Under the pieces are notes generated by a model. That model ran no database searches. It was given only the letters and a program-made list of their open reading frames with translations, and had not been told where the DNA came from. 64,000 bases of DNA, from assembly GCA_963813155.1 (NCBI GenBank), contig CAWEYG010000003.1, positions 160,001-224,000 of the forward strand, given 5' to 3'. The position numbers were made by a program, and so were the translations under genes. Positions 11,290 to 20,785 of the stretch are shown here, piece after piece (position 1 is the stretch's first letter; each line of letters opens with the position of its first letter). Source of the DNA: an uncultured Acidobacteriota bacterium (GTDB lineage Bacteria; Acidobacteriota; Thermoanaerobaculia; UBA5066; DATFVB01).

Positions 11290-12282
11290 GCGGGAGAAGA
11301 ACGACCTCGCGGCCGCGGCCCGGAACGCGGCAGCGCTCCTCACCTCCCACCAGCAGGCGGCGGGCTTCTGGCTCACGTCCTACACGGCGACACCGCGATT
11401 CGAGAACCCACGCCCGGAGAACAACACGTTCCTCACCTCGATGATGGTGGATCTGCTCGACGCCGGTCGCCGCGGGGGCGGGCGTCGAGCGAGAGCCTCG
11501 CGCGCGCGCGCGCTTATCTCCGCGACCAGATCGAGGCGAGCGGGCTCGTGCGCTACCACGGCCGGCCCGACGGGCCGACCATTCCCGCGCTCGGTTGCGC
11601 GATCACGCCGGATGCGGACGACACCGCTCTCGTCTGGAGGATCGCGGGACGCGACCGCGGAACGCTCCTGCCGCAGGCGCTCGCGGTCCTCACGCAATAC
11701 CGCACCCGCGAGGGTCTCTACCGCACCTGGCTGGCGCCGCGCGAGCGCTATGAATGCATCGACCCCGGAAAGGACCCCAACCCGGCCGACGCCGGCATTC
11801 AGATGCACGTGTTCCTGCTCCTCGCGCAGGCGGATCCGCCGGCGGCCCGCTGCCCTCTGCGGCGCTCTGCAGGGCGCGATCGGCGAGGACCGGTCTGGGT
11901 CTACTACGAGAAGGCGCCTCTCGTGCCGCTGCTGCGGCAAGCCGATCTCCGCCGGGCGGATGCCCGCTCCGCGTCCCCGAGGAGCGCGTGCGCGTCGCGG
12001 CGGCGGATCAGGAGGTCTGGCTCTCCGCGGTTCGGCTGCTCGATCGGCTGCGGAGCGGGGAGAATTCCGCTTCGTTATCGTCGGAGACGCTCTCCGTGCT
12101 CCGGGTTCTTTCGGCCGACGGGTTTTCCCTCGTCCGCCGCACTCCGCCCCTGCTGTACCACAACGATTTCACCGCGCGAACGTCCGCGCTTCTACTGGTC
12201 GGAAGACTTCGGGTACGCGCTCTGGCTGAGGCTGTACCTGGAGAGCACAGGTCGGGTTCATGGCGGGTTGGCGCATTCGTAA
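11290..12282 (+). CDS. Prenyltransferase/squalene-cyclase-fold protein with DxDD motif; frameshifted, possibly fused to the upstream membrane protein
   Basis: HQQAAGFW (QW-like), QIEASGLVRY, ITPDADDTAL, FYWSEDFGYALWLR distributed over three frames; start not resolved. Confidence 0.5.
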   Translation, partial: AGEERPRGRGPERGSAPHLPPAGGGLLAHVLHGDTAIREPTPGEQHVPHLDDGGSARRRSPRGRASSESLARARAYLRDQIEASGLVRYHGRPDGPTIPALGCAITPDADDTALVWRIAGRDRGTLLPQALAVLTQYRTREGLYRTWLAPRERYECIDPGKDPNPADAGIQMHVFLLLAQADPPAARCPLRRSAGRDRRGPVWVYYEKAPLVPLLRQADLRRADARSASPRSACASRRRIRRSGSPRFGCSIGCGAGRIPLRYRRRRSPCSGFFRPTGFPSSAALRPCCTTTISPRERPRFYWSEDFGYALWLRLYLESTGRVHGGLAHS

Positions 12283-13153
12283 CGCGGCTTCCGGAGCCCT
12301 TCGGCGCTATCTCTCCTGCATCCGCTACCGCGAGATCCTCCTGCTGCAGGGCTCGCCCCTGCTCGGCGCCGCCTTTTCCCTGCCGAACGCGAGCGCAGGC
12401 CGGCTCCTGTCGCTCTCCATCTTCGTGTGCGCCAGCGTCCTTCTCGTCGCCCACATCTTCGTTTTCAACGACTGGGCCGGGATGGAGGGAGATCTCAACG
12501 ATGCCAACCGGGCCGCGGGGGTCTTCGCGGCGAAGGGAATTCGCCGCGAGGCGATCGGCACGCTGTGGCTCGCGCTTCTGGCGCTGAGCGTCGCGCTGTT
12601 CGGCTTCCTCGGGGTCCGCCCGCTGGCGATCGCCCTCGCGATCGCCGCCTGCAGCTTCGTCTATTCGCTGCCCGGCTCCCCGGCAAAGGGCATTCCGATC
12701 CTCGGATCGGCGATTCATCTTGGCGGGGGAATGCTCCATTTCCTCCTCGGCTATTCGCTGTTCCGCGCGATCGACGGACGGGGAATCGCGCTGGCTTCTC
12801 TTTTCGGCCTCGCCTTCGCGGCCGGACACCTCAACCAGGAAGTGCGGGACATCGAGGCCGACAGCCGGAACCGGATAAAAACGAACGCCGTGGCGTTCGG
12901 CGAGAGAACCACGTTCCTCGCCGGCCTCGCGCTCTTCACTCTCGCCTACGCGCAACTGGCCATCCTCGCGGCCGCCGGAGTGATCCCGGGCTGGCTCGGC
13001 TTGCTCGCCCTCCTCTATCCCTTGCACCTCTACTGGTCCTGGAAGACGCTCTCGGCGGGACTGAGTTTCGAAAGCATCCGCAGTTTTCAGACGCGCTACC
13101 GCGCGCTCTTCGCCGTCATCGGCGCGAGCATGGGGGCGGCGATGCTGGCCTGA
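12260..13153 (+). CDS. UbiA family prenyltransferase
   Basis: FNDWAGMEGDLND and QEVRDIEADSRNRIKT aspartate-rich motifs; many TM helices. Confidence 0.85.
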   Translation: MAGWRIRNAASGALRRYLSCIRYREILLLQGSPLLGAAFSLPNASAGRLLSLSIFVCASVLLVAHIFVFNDWAGMEGDLNDANRAAGVFAAKGIRREAIGTLWLALLALSVALFGFLGVRPLAIALAIAACSFVYSLPGSPAKGIPILGSAIHLGGGMLHFLLGYSLFRAIDGRGIALASLFGLAFAAGHLNQEVRDIEADSRNRIKTNAVAFGERTTFLAGLALFTLAYAQLAILAAAGVIPGWLGLLALLYPLHLYWSWKTLSAGLSFESIRSFQTRYRALFAVIGASMGAAMLA

Positions 13154-13187
13154 CGATTTCGCGCACGTGGAGTCTGTGGATCGTGCG

Positions 13188-13282
13188 GGCCATCACCGAT
13201 CCCGATCCGGCCGCCGCCAAGCGCGCGTTCGACGCGATGATGGAGATGACGAAGATCGACATCGCGGCAATCGAGGCAGCGC
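13188..13282 (+). repeat. 95 bp direct repeat, copy 1 (3' tail of a VOC/PhnB-type gene)
   Basis: 94/95 identical to 17630-17724; encodes AITDPDPAAAKRAFDAMMEMTKIDIAAIEAA. Confidence 0.9.
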
Positions 13283-13385
13283 CGGCGGGTCGGGCCTCTT
13301 CCCGTTTCGGCGGTCCCCAATCGGAAAGACGGAGGGCAACGGCTTCGCTCGGGGAACGTACATGGTTTGAGAGGTCCAGAACATT

Positions 13386-13861
13386 GTGAAACAGCCAGCA
13401 GTTACGAATTTGGCACGTCGGCGCACGACCCGGGTTCTCTTGCTCGGCGCAGTCTCGCTCGTGCTCCTCTTGGTCGGTTGTCACGATTCAAATAATCGTC
13501 ACCGGCCAAGAAGTCGTCATGGGCCTCGCAGTCAAGGGGACGTATCGGCGGACCTCGCCGTACCTGTGGAGGATCTGGCCCGGTGGTCGTTTCGGTTGTT
13601 CAAACAGGGTCGGAAGTTTCAGCGGTCATACCGGGATTTGGTCATATCGAGTGTACCGCGGCGCCGGCGGGCACGCTTCCGCGGGTTACCGGCGCCACTC
13701 TGACAGTGGAGAACGTCTGCGGGCATCTCACCGAGACCTACAGCTACTTGCCCACGGATGATGGCCGGGTGCTGACGTGGTTTTTGCGGCCGAGCGCGGC
13801 GAGTCGTGCGGTTGCGGATCCGGAACGCTGGCAATTAGCCTCTAAGCTGACGCCCAAATGA
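13386..13861 (+). pseudogene. Frameshifted putative lipoprotein
   Basis: Lipobox LLVGC in ORF 13386; plausible continuation in ORFs 13519 and 13583. Confidence 0.4.
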
Positions 13862-14355
13862 TCCCAGCGTCGCGGAAGGGTCCATCATTCGCCGCAGTAC
13901 TAGCCTTGCTGCTGAGTTGCTGCGTAGCCTTCGCCGGTGATGCCCAGATCAAATCCCCATCGGAGTGGCGGTCGGAACCGTCCTCGTACCGGGGAGTCGA
14001 GTGGTGCGCCACGGAACAGTCGGTCCGCAAGACCTTGCCGACAGAAGAATGCAATGCCATGTCGCAGGCCGAACCCGAACATCGGTTTTGCACCGTGGAA
14101 ATGCTGTTTCCAAAATCAATGGCGCGGGTGGCAGAGGTATATGAGTTCAAGAGCGATCATCTGGCGTCCGTCTCGGTCGAGTTCCGAAAGAAGTCATTTG
14201 CGAGCGCGGTGTCGCTCCTCGAGAAACAGTTCGGGCCGCCCAGCAGCGTCGCACCATCGGGCGACTTCCTCTGGCGTGGGGAGAAGGTCAGGCTGACCGC
14301 TCGACGTGATCGGCCGTCGCCGCTTGCGTGGTTCGAGGTTCTAAAGTGCCCTTAG
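13858..14355 (+). CDS. Secreted hypothetical protein (cassette-like)
   Basis: Signal peptide VLALLLSCCVAFA; followed by a degenerate attC-like hairpin. Confidence 0.65.
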   Translation: MIPASRKGPSFAAVLALLLSCCVAFAGDAQIKSPSEWRSEPSSYRGVEWCATEQSVRKTLPTEECNAMSQAEPEHRFCTVEMLFPKSMARVAEVYEFKSDHLASVSVEFRKKSFASAVSLLEKQFGPPSSVAPSGDFLWRGEKVRLTARRDRPSPLAWFEVLKCP

Positions 14356-14368
14356 CTTCAGCGGGCCC

Positions 14369-14425
14369 GGCGAGCATGTCGTTGCAGCGGACCGCGGTTC
14401 TCGCCGCTGTAGCTGGGTCGGATGG
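14369..14425 (+). other. Degenerate attC-like site
   Basis: TTGCAGCGGAC...GCCGCTGTAGCTGGGTCG matches the core of the attC family at 23.9-27.3 kb; R boxes eroded. Confidence 0.55.
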
Positions 14426-14433
14426 GATTCAAG

Positions 14434-15636
14434 CTATGGGGTGCGATGAATTGGCGCAACAGTGACTGGCAGGGCCGGCGTGATCCGTGGAACAGAGCGC
14501 CCGACCATGAGCTCTAAGATACCTGGCCCGCCGACTGCGTAAAGGCGGGTTCCGTCAGTTGAAAGGACGAGTTGAAGAATATGCGTTCGGGGTAGATTCC
14601 GCTCGATCGTCATCCAAGTCAGGCCGCCGTCAGTACTCTCGTAGGCGTCTCCGGCGCCGATTTCGCAATATCCGAAGCTTCCGGCAAAGACGTGCGAGGG
14701 GTTTCGAGGATCCACCGCCAGTGTAAGGCCGAAGGTGTCCCCCGGCGGCGTGCTCATCGGCTCCCAGGTTTCACCGGCATCTACGCTCCGAAAGAAAAGA
14801 GGCGGCACGTCGTCACTCTGCGCGCTCTCGAGGTTCAGGGCCGAGGCGGAAGACGGACAACCGATCGAGGTACCAAAAATCGCGTACACGACCGCGGAAC
14901 CACTTCCCATACCGGCCAGCCCCGGAGACCAGTCGGTCAGCTGCGGGAAGCCCGTGTTGACCTCATACCAGGACGCCCCGCCGTCAGTCGTTTTTTCCAT
15001 TCCAAGATAGGAGTCGCACAGATGAATGACGGACGAGGAGTCGGGATCGACGAGAAAGCCTGAAAAGTTGAGAGTCAACGGCTGATGAGTGTTCGTCGAT
15101 TTCGGGCCGATCGAAACCCAGTTTGCGCCGAGATCGGTACTCTTGAGTAGGGCATCATTCGTGAGCAGGAACAGGCCCCTTGGGTTGGAAGGGTCGGGTT
15201 GGAGATCGATAACGTAGGAGTTCGGGGCCGCGGGAAAGGGAATTGGATACCATGACTGCCCCAGATCGTTCGTCGCATCGATCTCGGCCTGATTCTTAGC
15301 ATAAGACGAACCGCTCGCGAAAAATGTTCCGCCGGCATATGCGCGAACGATCGTGTTAGCTGGTGAGGGAGTTCCTCTTGGGAGCCAGGTCGATCCTCGA
15401 TCGTTGCTTACATAGAGGCGATCGCAATACGCATACAACTGTGACGCCTCCGCCGGATCGACAAAAATCGTCCAACAGCCTACCGCCCCCAACCCCACGC
15501 TCGCGCTTTCCCATTCCCCGCCCGAAGCCGGTGCCGGCCGTGCGGAAATCAATGACATTGCTCCGACGAAGAGTGCCAAAAGCACCTTAATCCGCCTGGA
15601 TCGCGGCCCGCCGCGGCGGCTGGGTTGGTCTGTCAT
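14434..15636 (-). CDS. Secreted BNR/Asp-box beta-propeller protein
   Basis: SNDRGSTW, TNDLGQSW, STDLGANW, TTDGGASW, SVDAGETW, STDGGLTW repeats. Confidence 0.8.
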   Translation of the reverse strand: MTDQPSRRGGPRSRRIKVLLALFVGAMSLISARPAPASGGEWESASVGLGAVGCWTIFVDPAEASQLYAYCDRLYVSNDRGSTWLPRGTPSPANTIVRAYAGGTFFASGSSYAKNQAEIDATNDLGQSWYPIPFPAAPNSYVIDLQPDPSNPRGLFLLTNDALLKSTDLGANWVSIGPKSTNTHQPLTLNFSGFLVDPDSSSVIHLCDSYLGMEKTTDGGASWYEVNTGFPQLTDWSPGLAGMGSGSAVVYAIFGTSIGCPSSASALNLESAQSDDVPPLFFRSVDAGETWEPMSTPPGDTFGLTLAVDPRNPSHVFAGSFGYCEIGAGDAYESTDGGLTWMTIERNLPRTHILQLVLSTDGTRLYAVGGPGILELMVGRSVPRITPALPVTVAPIHRTP

Positions 15637-15901
15637 GATCTTGCGGAAGAAGAGAACATAGGAATACTCCCAAGGAATCACCCCACCACTGTACGTCCGA
15701 GCGCCAAGCCGCGCACTTCATTTTCCGATCTTTCACGATTTTTGGCTCTTCGGCGGGCCGGCCACAACGTGGCCGTTTCGAACGCTTCTCGGCCATTCCT
15801 CCGATGGCGACGATTTCGATGTCCTCGCTTTCCTCCGGGCGAACCAGTCTCTGGAGCGAGGCGTCGACCTGGGAGTCCGGTCTTTCTGGCGAGCGCCTCC
15901 C

Positions 15902-16750
15902 CTAAGGGTTAAACCCCGAGTACGTGCTGACGGACCCCGAGCTATTCACGCAGTACAGCTGACCCCACAGAGCCGCGCCCCCTGCATCCTGGGTGACGTC
16001 CAGGACACCGTTTGACAGCGACACGCCACCGAGCTGGCCGCCGATATCGGGGATGAAGAGATTCGCACACCCCTTGGAGAGAGATGGCGCATTTAGGGGG
16101 AGAAGGCAATCACTGCTGCGGTTAGAGACATTCGTGGAACCGAGTACTTGACCCGATGAATCACGCAGTGTCACCGTGGCCGTGAGGCTGATTGTACTGA
16201 AGTCGGTATCGATGCTCGTCAGGACGAGGTTGCAATGCGCCTCGTCGTTCTTCGAGATTCCGGGGAACGTGAGGTGTGTCGGCTGGGGACGTGAGAGTAT
16301 CGTCGGCACGCTCAGTACTGGGAATTCTGTCTGTGCGTTCGTTCCGCGATTCACAGCGTGAACGTGGGCGACCGGAAGCTGCGTCGGTGAGCCCGGACAC
16401 GCCGCGCATGACGCGATGAATAGGGTGAAGACGTGGCCCGGGCCAAGGGCGGCGATCGGAGGCGTACCGTCGGGGTTGATACCGTCGCTTGGTATCGTGA
16501 GCGTTTGGCTACCATGCGGAGGAAGTGTCGCGCTCGTCGTATTGCAGCCGAAGTCGCAGCCACCGATCGCGTTGAATGCGAATTCCGAGATCACCACGGT
16601 GATCGGCAGGTCGAAGGGGTTCGCAAGCTCGATTTGGCTGTCCCACAGCCCGAGTGATCCAACCCCAGCGGCGACCAGCGCGTTTTGGGCGCGTACCTGA
16701 GACACCACCAGGAAACCTACGAGCAGCAAAGCTAGTACCCTGATTTTCAT
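15902..16750 (-). CDS. Secreted beta-sandwich hypothetical protein (paralog of 17847..18902)
   Basis: GGAGGT RBS, MKIRVLALLLV signal peptide; motifs shared with the 17847 protein. Confidence 0.8.
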   Translation of the reverse strand: MKIRVLALLLVGFLVVSQVRAQNALVAAGVGSLGLWDSQIELANPFDLPITVVISEFAFNAIGGCDFGCNTTSATLPPHGSQTLTIPSDGINPDGTPPIAALGPGHVFTLFIASCAACPGSPTQLPVAHVHAVNRGTNAQTEFPVLSVPTILSRPQPTHLTFPGISKNDEAHCNLVLTSIDTDFSTISLTATVTLRDSSGQVLGSTNVSNRSSDCLLPLNAPSLSKGCANLFIPDIGGQLGGVSLSNGVLDVTQDAGGAALWGQLYCVNSSGSVSTYSGFNP

Positions 16751-16922
16751 AACCACCTCCACGTAATCGTACCGCGGGTTGTTGCGCTTCCATGGGTTGC
16801 CAGAGAGGGGGCAAGGTCAGCTGTTGTCACGGGGTTGAGGCGTCTCAGACCCCACTTCCGTTCGCCTCCGGAGCTAACGCTGGTGGTTCCAGATTCCACC
16901 TCGTCCCGGTTGGGAAAACGGG

Positions 16923-17178
16923 GGGCATGGACAACTTGGGTCGAGACGAGACGGTCACCCGGAGCCGCCGGGGAGAGGGAGCTCTGGGGCAATCGGAACG
17001 ATTTCTTGGCTTGGTGTGGCTGTGGCTGTTTTTCCCGTCCACCGGAGGAAATTCGTGGCGCGGGCGAGCACGGGAGGCAAACACGAAAATAACGGCGGGG
17101 GATCGTGATTGCCGGCCTTCACTCAAGAACCCCTTTGCCCGCTTGCGAGAAAGTTTGGAGCGGGCAATCGGGGTCGAA
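16923..17178 (-). repeat. Inverted diverged copy of the tRNA-Gly 3' end plus island left arm (att-like)
   Basis: Reverse complement begins TTCGACCCCGATTGCCCGCTCCA (22/23 to the tRNA 3' end) and aligns to 21899-22164, including identical CACGAATTTCCTCCGGTGGACGGGAAAAACAGCCACA and CCAAGTTGTCCATGCCC. Confidence 0.9.
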
Positions 17179-17237
17179 GCGGTGGTAAACTAACCCCAGT
17201 TTTCGTGTCGAAACGTTCGGGGAGAGGGGGGGCCGAG

Positions 17238-17612
17238 ATGTCGCTTTCAACCCGCCTGTTCTGTCTGACGCTGGCAATTTCGTTGATCTCCTGCGGTGGC
17301 GGTGATTCTCGCTCGTCGCCAACCGAAAGTGTTGTCGTGCCGAACGCGAGTTTCTCTTACGTGGCCTGGAACGCGGTCGGGAGCACGGTTCAGTTTCGGA
17401 ACGCATCGACCGGCAACCCGACGCAATGGTCATGGAATTTCGGAGATCCAACCTCGGGAGCGCGCAACACGTCAACCCTTCCGAACCCTACCCACGTTTA
17501 CTCCACGGCAGCCATCTACGTGGTTACTCTGACCGTATCGAATGCGCGAGGATCATCCGCGCCGGCAACCGGAACCGTGAATGTGGGAGTTGGGAGCCCC
17601 TGGGATTATTAG
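17238..17612 (+). CDS. PKD-domain lipoprotein
   Basis: Lipobox SLISC; QWSWNFGD and HVYSTAAIYVVTLTVSN PKD motifs. Confidence 0.8.
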   Translation: MSLSTRLFCLTLAISLISCGGGDSRSSPTESVVVPNASFSYVAWNAVGSTVQFRNASTGNPTQWSWNFGDPTSGARNTSTLPNPTHVYSTAAIYVVTLTVSNARGSSAPATGTVNVGVGSPWDY

Positions 17613-17629
17613 AACCACCAGTTGACCCA

Positions 17630-17724
17630 GGCCATCACCGATCCCGATCCGGCAGCCGCCAAGCGCGCGTTCGACGCGATGATGGAGATGACGAAGATCG
17701 ACATCGCGGCAATCGAGGCAGCGC
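17630..17724 (+). repeat. 95 bp direct repeat, copy 2 (VOC/PhnB tail, continues to RHG-stop at 17735)
   Basis: 94/95 identical to 13188-13282. Confidence 0.9.
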
Positions 17725-17783
17725 GCCACGGCTGAGGAGCCTGTCCCTAATTCGGGGGTCCCGCGATGAGAAGTGGGGAGACG

Positions 17784-17810
17784 TGCGGCCTCGCCGCAGA
17801 AGTCGGGTCG
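17784..17810 (+). other. attC-like 3' half-site
   Basis: TGCGGCCTCGCCGCAGAAGTCGGGTCG vs array consensus TGCGGCCTTGCCGCTGAAGCCGGGTCG; precedes a co-oriented gene. Confidence 0.6.
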
Positions 17811-17846
17811 GGGTGGAAAGGTATTGCTTCGTTGAAGGAGTGTTCA

Positions 17847-18902
17847 ATGTCCTATCGGGCGAGATCGATTTTCTATGTCATCGTGAGTGTGGCCGTGGTT
17901 TTGCCGCATTTGGGCGCCGACGAGGGGCCACCATTCATCGCCGGAACCTTTCATGTCGCGTCGGGACTGATTTCCGAGGCCGATCCGGCAAACGGGCCCA
18001 GGGCGTTCGCGGGCAGCCCGATCGCGTTCGAAGCAGATACGACGCCCGACATTGCGAAATTCGAGTGGGACATGGGCGATGGCACTCACCTGACGGGGTG
18101 GACGGTTACTCACGCGTTCTCCAGCCCGGGAACGGAGACAATTTCGCTCAAAGTCACTGAGTTGAGTGCGCCTTACACCATGTCTTCGTCGGCAAGAAAT
18201 ATCCGGATCGTGCCGAATTTCACGCAGGGGGATTCCTTCGTCACGATCGGAGGCAACCTTGGAAACTGGGGGATCGAGGCGTTGGTTTCCAATCCGTTGG
18301 ACGAAGCGGTCGCGTATGGTTACGTCCATTGGCCACAAGCATGTCCCGGAGAGTGTTTTCCGGGACGCTTTCAAATACCCCCTTACGGAACAACCTACGT
18401 AAATCTAGGCGGGGAGGACTTTCTCTCGACCGGATACATCACGATCCCGGAGGGAGCGCCGGCTCCATCGATCCGTGCGCGGGCGGTCAACGCCACGGAC
18501 TCGAACAAAACGAACGACATTCCCGTCGCTCGCCTCTCGAATTTGGTCATTTCAGACCCGTCCTCGTTATCGTTCCCGGGGGTAAAAAAGACCTCCACAG
18601 CTCAGAGCAACCTGTTTCTAACCGCCCTTTCACTCCCGGATCTGTCCTGGGGCTCTTCGGCTTCCGGCATGATCGAGATCCGCGACTCGACTGGAACTCT
18701 TCTCGCAAGTACGCCTTTCAGCGTTGACGCTGGCGGCGAGGTCCTTGTCGTGGAAGACGTCGTAGGCACGCTCGGAATCGAGTCGCTCGATCAGGGTCAG
18801 GTTCGTGTCGTCAGAACGTCTCCGGATGGTTATGTGTGGGGTCTGCTCGCGACCACGAACATCGACGGGTCTACATCAATCAGCGTGGGAACGAATCCCT
18901 GA
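17847..18902 (+). CDS. Secreted PKD-domain protein with C-terminal beta-sandwich region
   Basis: AAGGAG RBS; FEWDMGDG PKD motif; C-terminal region paralogous to 15902..16750. Confidence 0.8.
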   Translation: MSYRARSIFYVIVSVAVVLPHLGADEGPPFIAGTFHVASGLISEADPANGPRAFAGSPIAFEADTTPDIAKFEWDMGDGTHLTGWTVTHAFSSPGTETISLKVTELSAPYTMSSSARNIRIVPNFTQGDSFVTIGGNLGNWGIEALVSNPLDEAVAYGYVHWPQACPGECFPGRFQIPPYGTTYVNLGGEDFLSTGYITIPEGAPAPSIRARAVNATDSNKTNDIPVARLSNLVISDPSSLSFPGVKKTSTAQSNLFLTALSLPDLSWGSSASGMIEIRDSTGTLLASTPFSVDAGGEVLVVEDVVGTLGIESLDQGQVRVVRTSPDGYVWGLLATTNIDGSTSISVGTNP

Positions 18903-18979
18903 AGGGGATGATTCAGAGTGTTCAATTCGCGGGAGTGAGAATCACGTCGCCGCTGAATCTGGGCCTCTTCGATGGGCCT

Positions 18980-19492
18980 TCAGTCCGGTAGCGGCGGTCG
19001 TGGGACATCACCCCAGCGGGTTCCGCAGGCTTTGCACTGCCACTTCGGCAACTTGCCAGCATACTTCGCGAGGGCGATGAGTCCGGCGAGAAGAATCGGG
19101 AATCCCCAGGCTGCGGAGACGATCTCCCGCGTGATCAACGCGAGCATCGCGCCGATGAACGGGACCGCAATAAAGACGACATAAGGCGGCAGGGGGCGTG
19201 GATCGCCGGTACGGCACAGAGGGCACGTGAGCTCGGGGTCCGGTTCTTCTAGCTCGTCCGTGCTGACGTCGTCGAGTGTCGTCGGCGGACCAAGAATTTG
19301 GTTGGCCTGATCGGCCTGGCTCTGGGGAACCCGAAGCTCGACGACCGCGCTTCCGAATGAATACGCCCCGGATTCGCTCGAGAGCGACGCGTCGACACCT
19401 CCCGCAGCCAGCTTCTCTTGGTCCTGCTTGGCCAAATCGGGTGTGGCATAGCTTCGCACGATCGCGAACTCGCCGGTTTCGGCGTCGCTCAT
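18980..19492 (-). CDS. DUF2007-like membrane protein with split Cys-pair (zinc ribbon) motif
   Basis: LAAGGVDA...VELRVPQSQADQANQIL, CPLC, two TMs, CKAC. Confidence 0.7.
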   Translation of the reverse strand: MSDAETGEFAIVRSYATPDLAKQDQEKLAAGGVDASLSSESGAYSFGSAVVELRVPQSQADQANQILGPPTTLDDVSTDELEEPDPELTCPLCRTGDPRPLPPYVVFIAVPFIGAMLALITREIVSAAWGFPILLAGLIALAKYAGKLPKWQCKACGTRWGDVPRPPLPD

Positions 19493-19634
19493 TGGCGCGT
19501 GACGGTATCACGACCCGCCTTGAGATCAGGACCGAGAATAGGCTAACCCTTCGCCGTGAAAGGGCGGTGCCCGCCACAGTCTCACCCTCTTGGTTGAAGC
19601 GGCGTATGCTTCGTGAAAAGCGAGGAAGTCGAAG

Positions 19635-20129
19635 ATGCGAAGACAGCTCGTGATGGTTGCCGCCTTGTCGGCCATTCTCGCCGGGTTCGCGAATGCGCAG
19701 ACCGTGTCGGCCATATCCCCCGAAATGCATATCTTCAGCTCGCCGATGATTCTTGAGGTAGCCCCTTTAATGTTTCAAGGCGACGTTTTCCAGGTCGACC
19801 TCAAGAACTATTCGTGCCGAGGCGTAACGATTGAGAACTTTTTCATATTCAGAAATTGGGGCAGTTCGAACCGGAAGACCGCGACGACTCCCGAAAACCG
19901 CGCTCTCGATCTTCGAGCGGCTCTCTTCAACAGCAGCGCCAAGGATAAGCAGTCAGTCCTGAGAGTAGACCTGATCGCTGGAGAGAGTGTGGTATCGAGT
20001 GGAGCATTGGCCATGAATACGAGTCCTGACGAAAAGAGAGTCGATCATCGCCCCTTTCCAAACCCACCAAACCCAGAAGAACTCGCGAAAGCAAAAATCC
20101 GAATCACGATGACTTGCCCGGACCGTTAG
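19635..20129 (+). CDS. Secreted hypothetical protein
   Basis: Signal peptide LVMVAALSAILAGFANA. Confidence 0.65.
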   Translation: MRRQLVMVAALSAILAGFANAQTVSAISPEMHIFSSPMILEVAPLMFQGDVFQVDLKNYSCRGVTIENFFIFRNWGSSNRKTATTPENRALDLRAALFNSSAKDKQSVLRVDLIAGESVVSSGALAMNTSPDEKRVDHRPFPNPPNPEELAKAKIRITMTCPDR

Positions 20130-20162
20130 CGTGATACCCGGCGCGAGAAAACACGACAGCCT

Positions 20163-20263
20163 CCCTAACGCCCAAATCGTCACGGTCGAGGTTGTCGCGG
20201 AGCCGGACCAACCCCCCATGTGAGCTGAACCCGAAGCCCGGATGGGTAACGCGCGAGTTAGGT
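20163..20263 (-). other. Candidate longer attC of a different family
   Basis: Minus strand ACCTAAC (contains the TAA stop of the 20258 ORF)...GTTAGGG, with inner CGTTAC/GTGACG complement. Confidence 0.5.
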
Positions 20264-20785
20264 CTCCTCTTGCAGCGCCTTCAAGGTTTCGTCGGCTTCC
20301 AGGATTGCGGCGCGCGCAGTTTCGGCGATTACGCCTTCCCTGCCTCCGCCGTATGAACCCGATGAAAGGGAAGTCGCCAAGCTGCCAAGACCCGTGACCG
20401 ACTGATAGAACTTCATGAAGGGGGTAGTCGCGTCGGGAACAAGGCTGAGAGGTCGGCTGTCAATCCGGAAGTCTGCCAATTTTGCCGTGAGCCTCAGCTG
20501 GTCCATGTCGCTCGGGTTTACTCGGAGGTTTTCGCATCGAGACCTGGCAACCAGAACCTCGGTTCTCAGAATTGCACGAGCGGCCCGAACCTCGGCGCTT
20601 CGTTGTTCGCGTTCCGGCTGACGGTCGCGCTCACGCTCGGCCTCGTTTTGCTGCCTGACAGCTCTGAGGGTATAGCGACCACCTACTACAGCGCCGACGA
20701 CTGCACCGACGAGGGCGCTCACGAATCCGATCGCGGCAGAGAGTAACTCGGGCACATTCGATCCGCTGATCTCAACGCTGGACAC
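20258..20785 (-). CDS. Hypothetical protein with N-terminal TM anchor
   Basis: ALVGAVVGAVVGG TM followed by coiled-coil; stop lies in a candidate R'' box. Confidence 0.6.
   Translation of the reverse strand: MSSVEISGSNVPELLSAAIGFVSALVGAVVGAVVGGRYTLRAVRQQNEAERERDRQPEREQRSAEVRAARAILRTEVLVARSRCENLRVNPSDMDQLRLTAKLADFRIDSRPLSLVPDATTPFMKFYQSVTGLGSLATSLSSGSYGGGREGVIAETARAAILEADETLKALQEET

Noticed and set aside
16792-17193. ORFs 16792..17193, 16845..17126 and 21872..22202 as protein genes
   Set aside because: They overlap the tRNA or att-arm repeat, and indels between the two copies do not preserve one reading frame.
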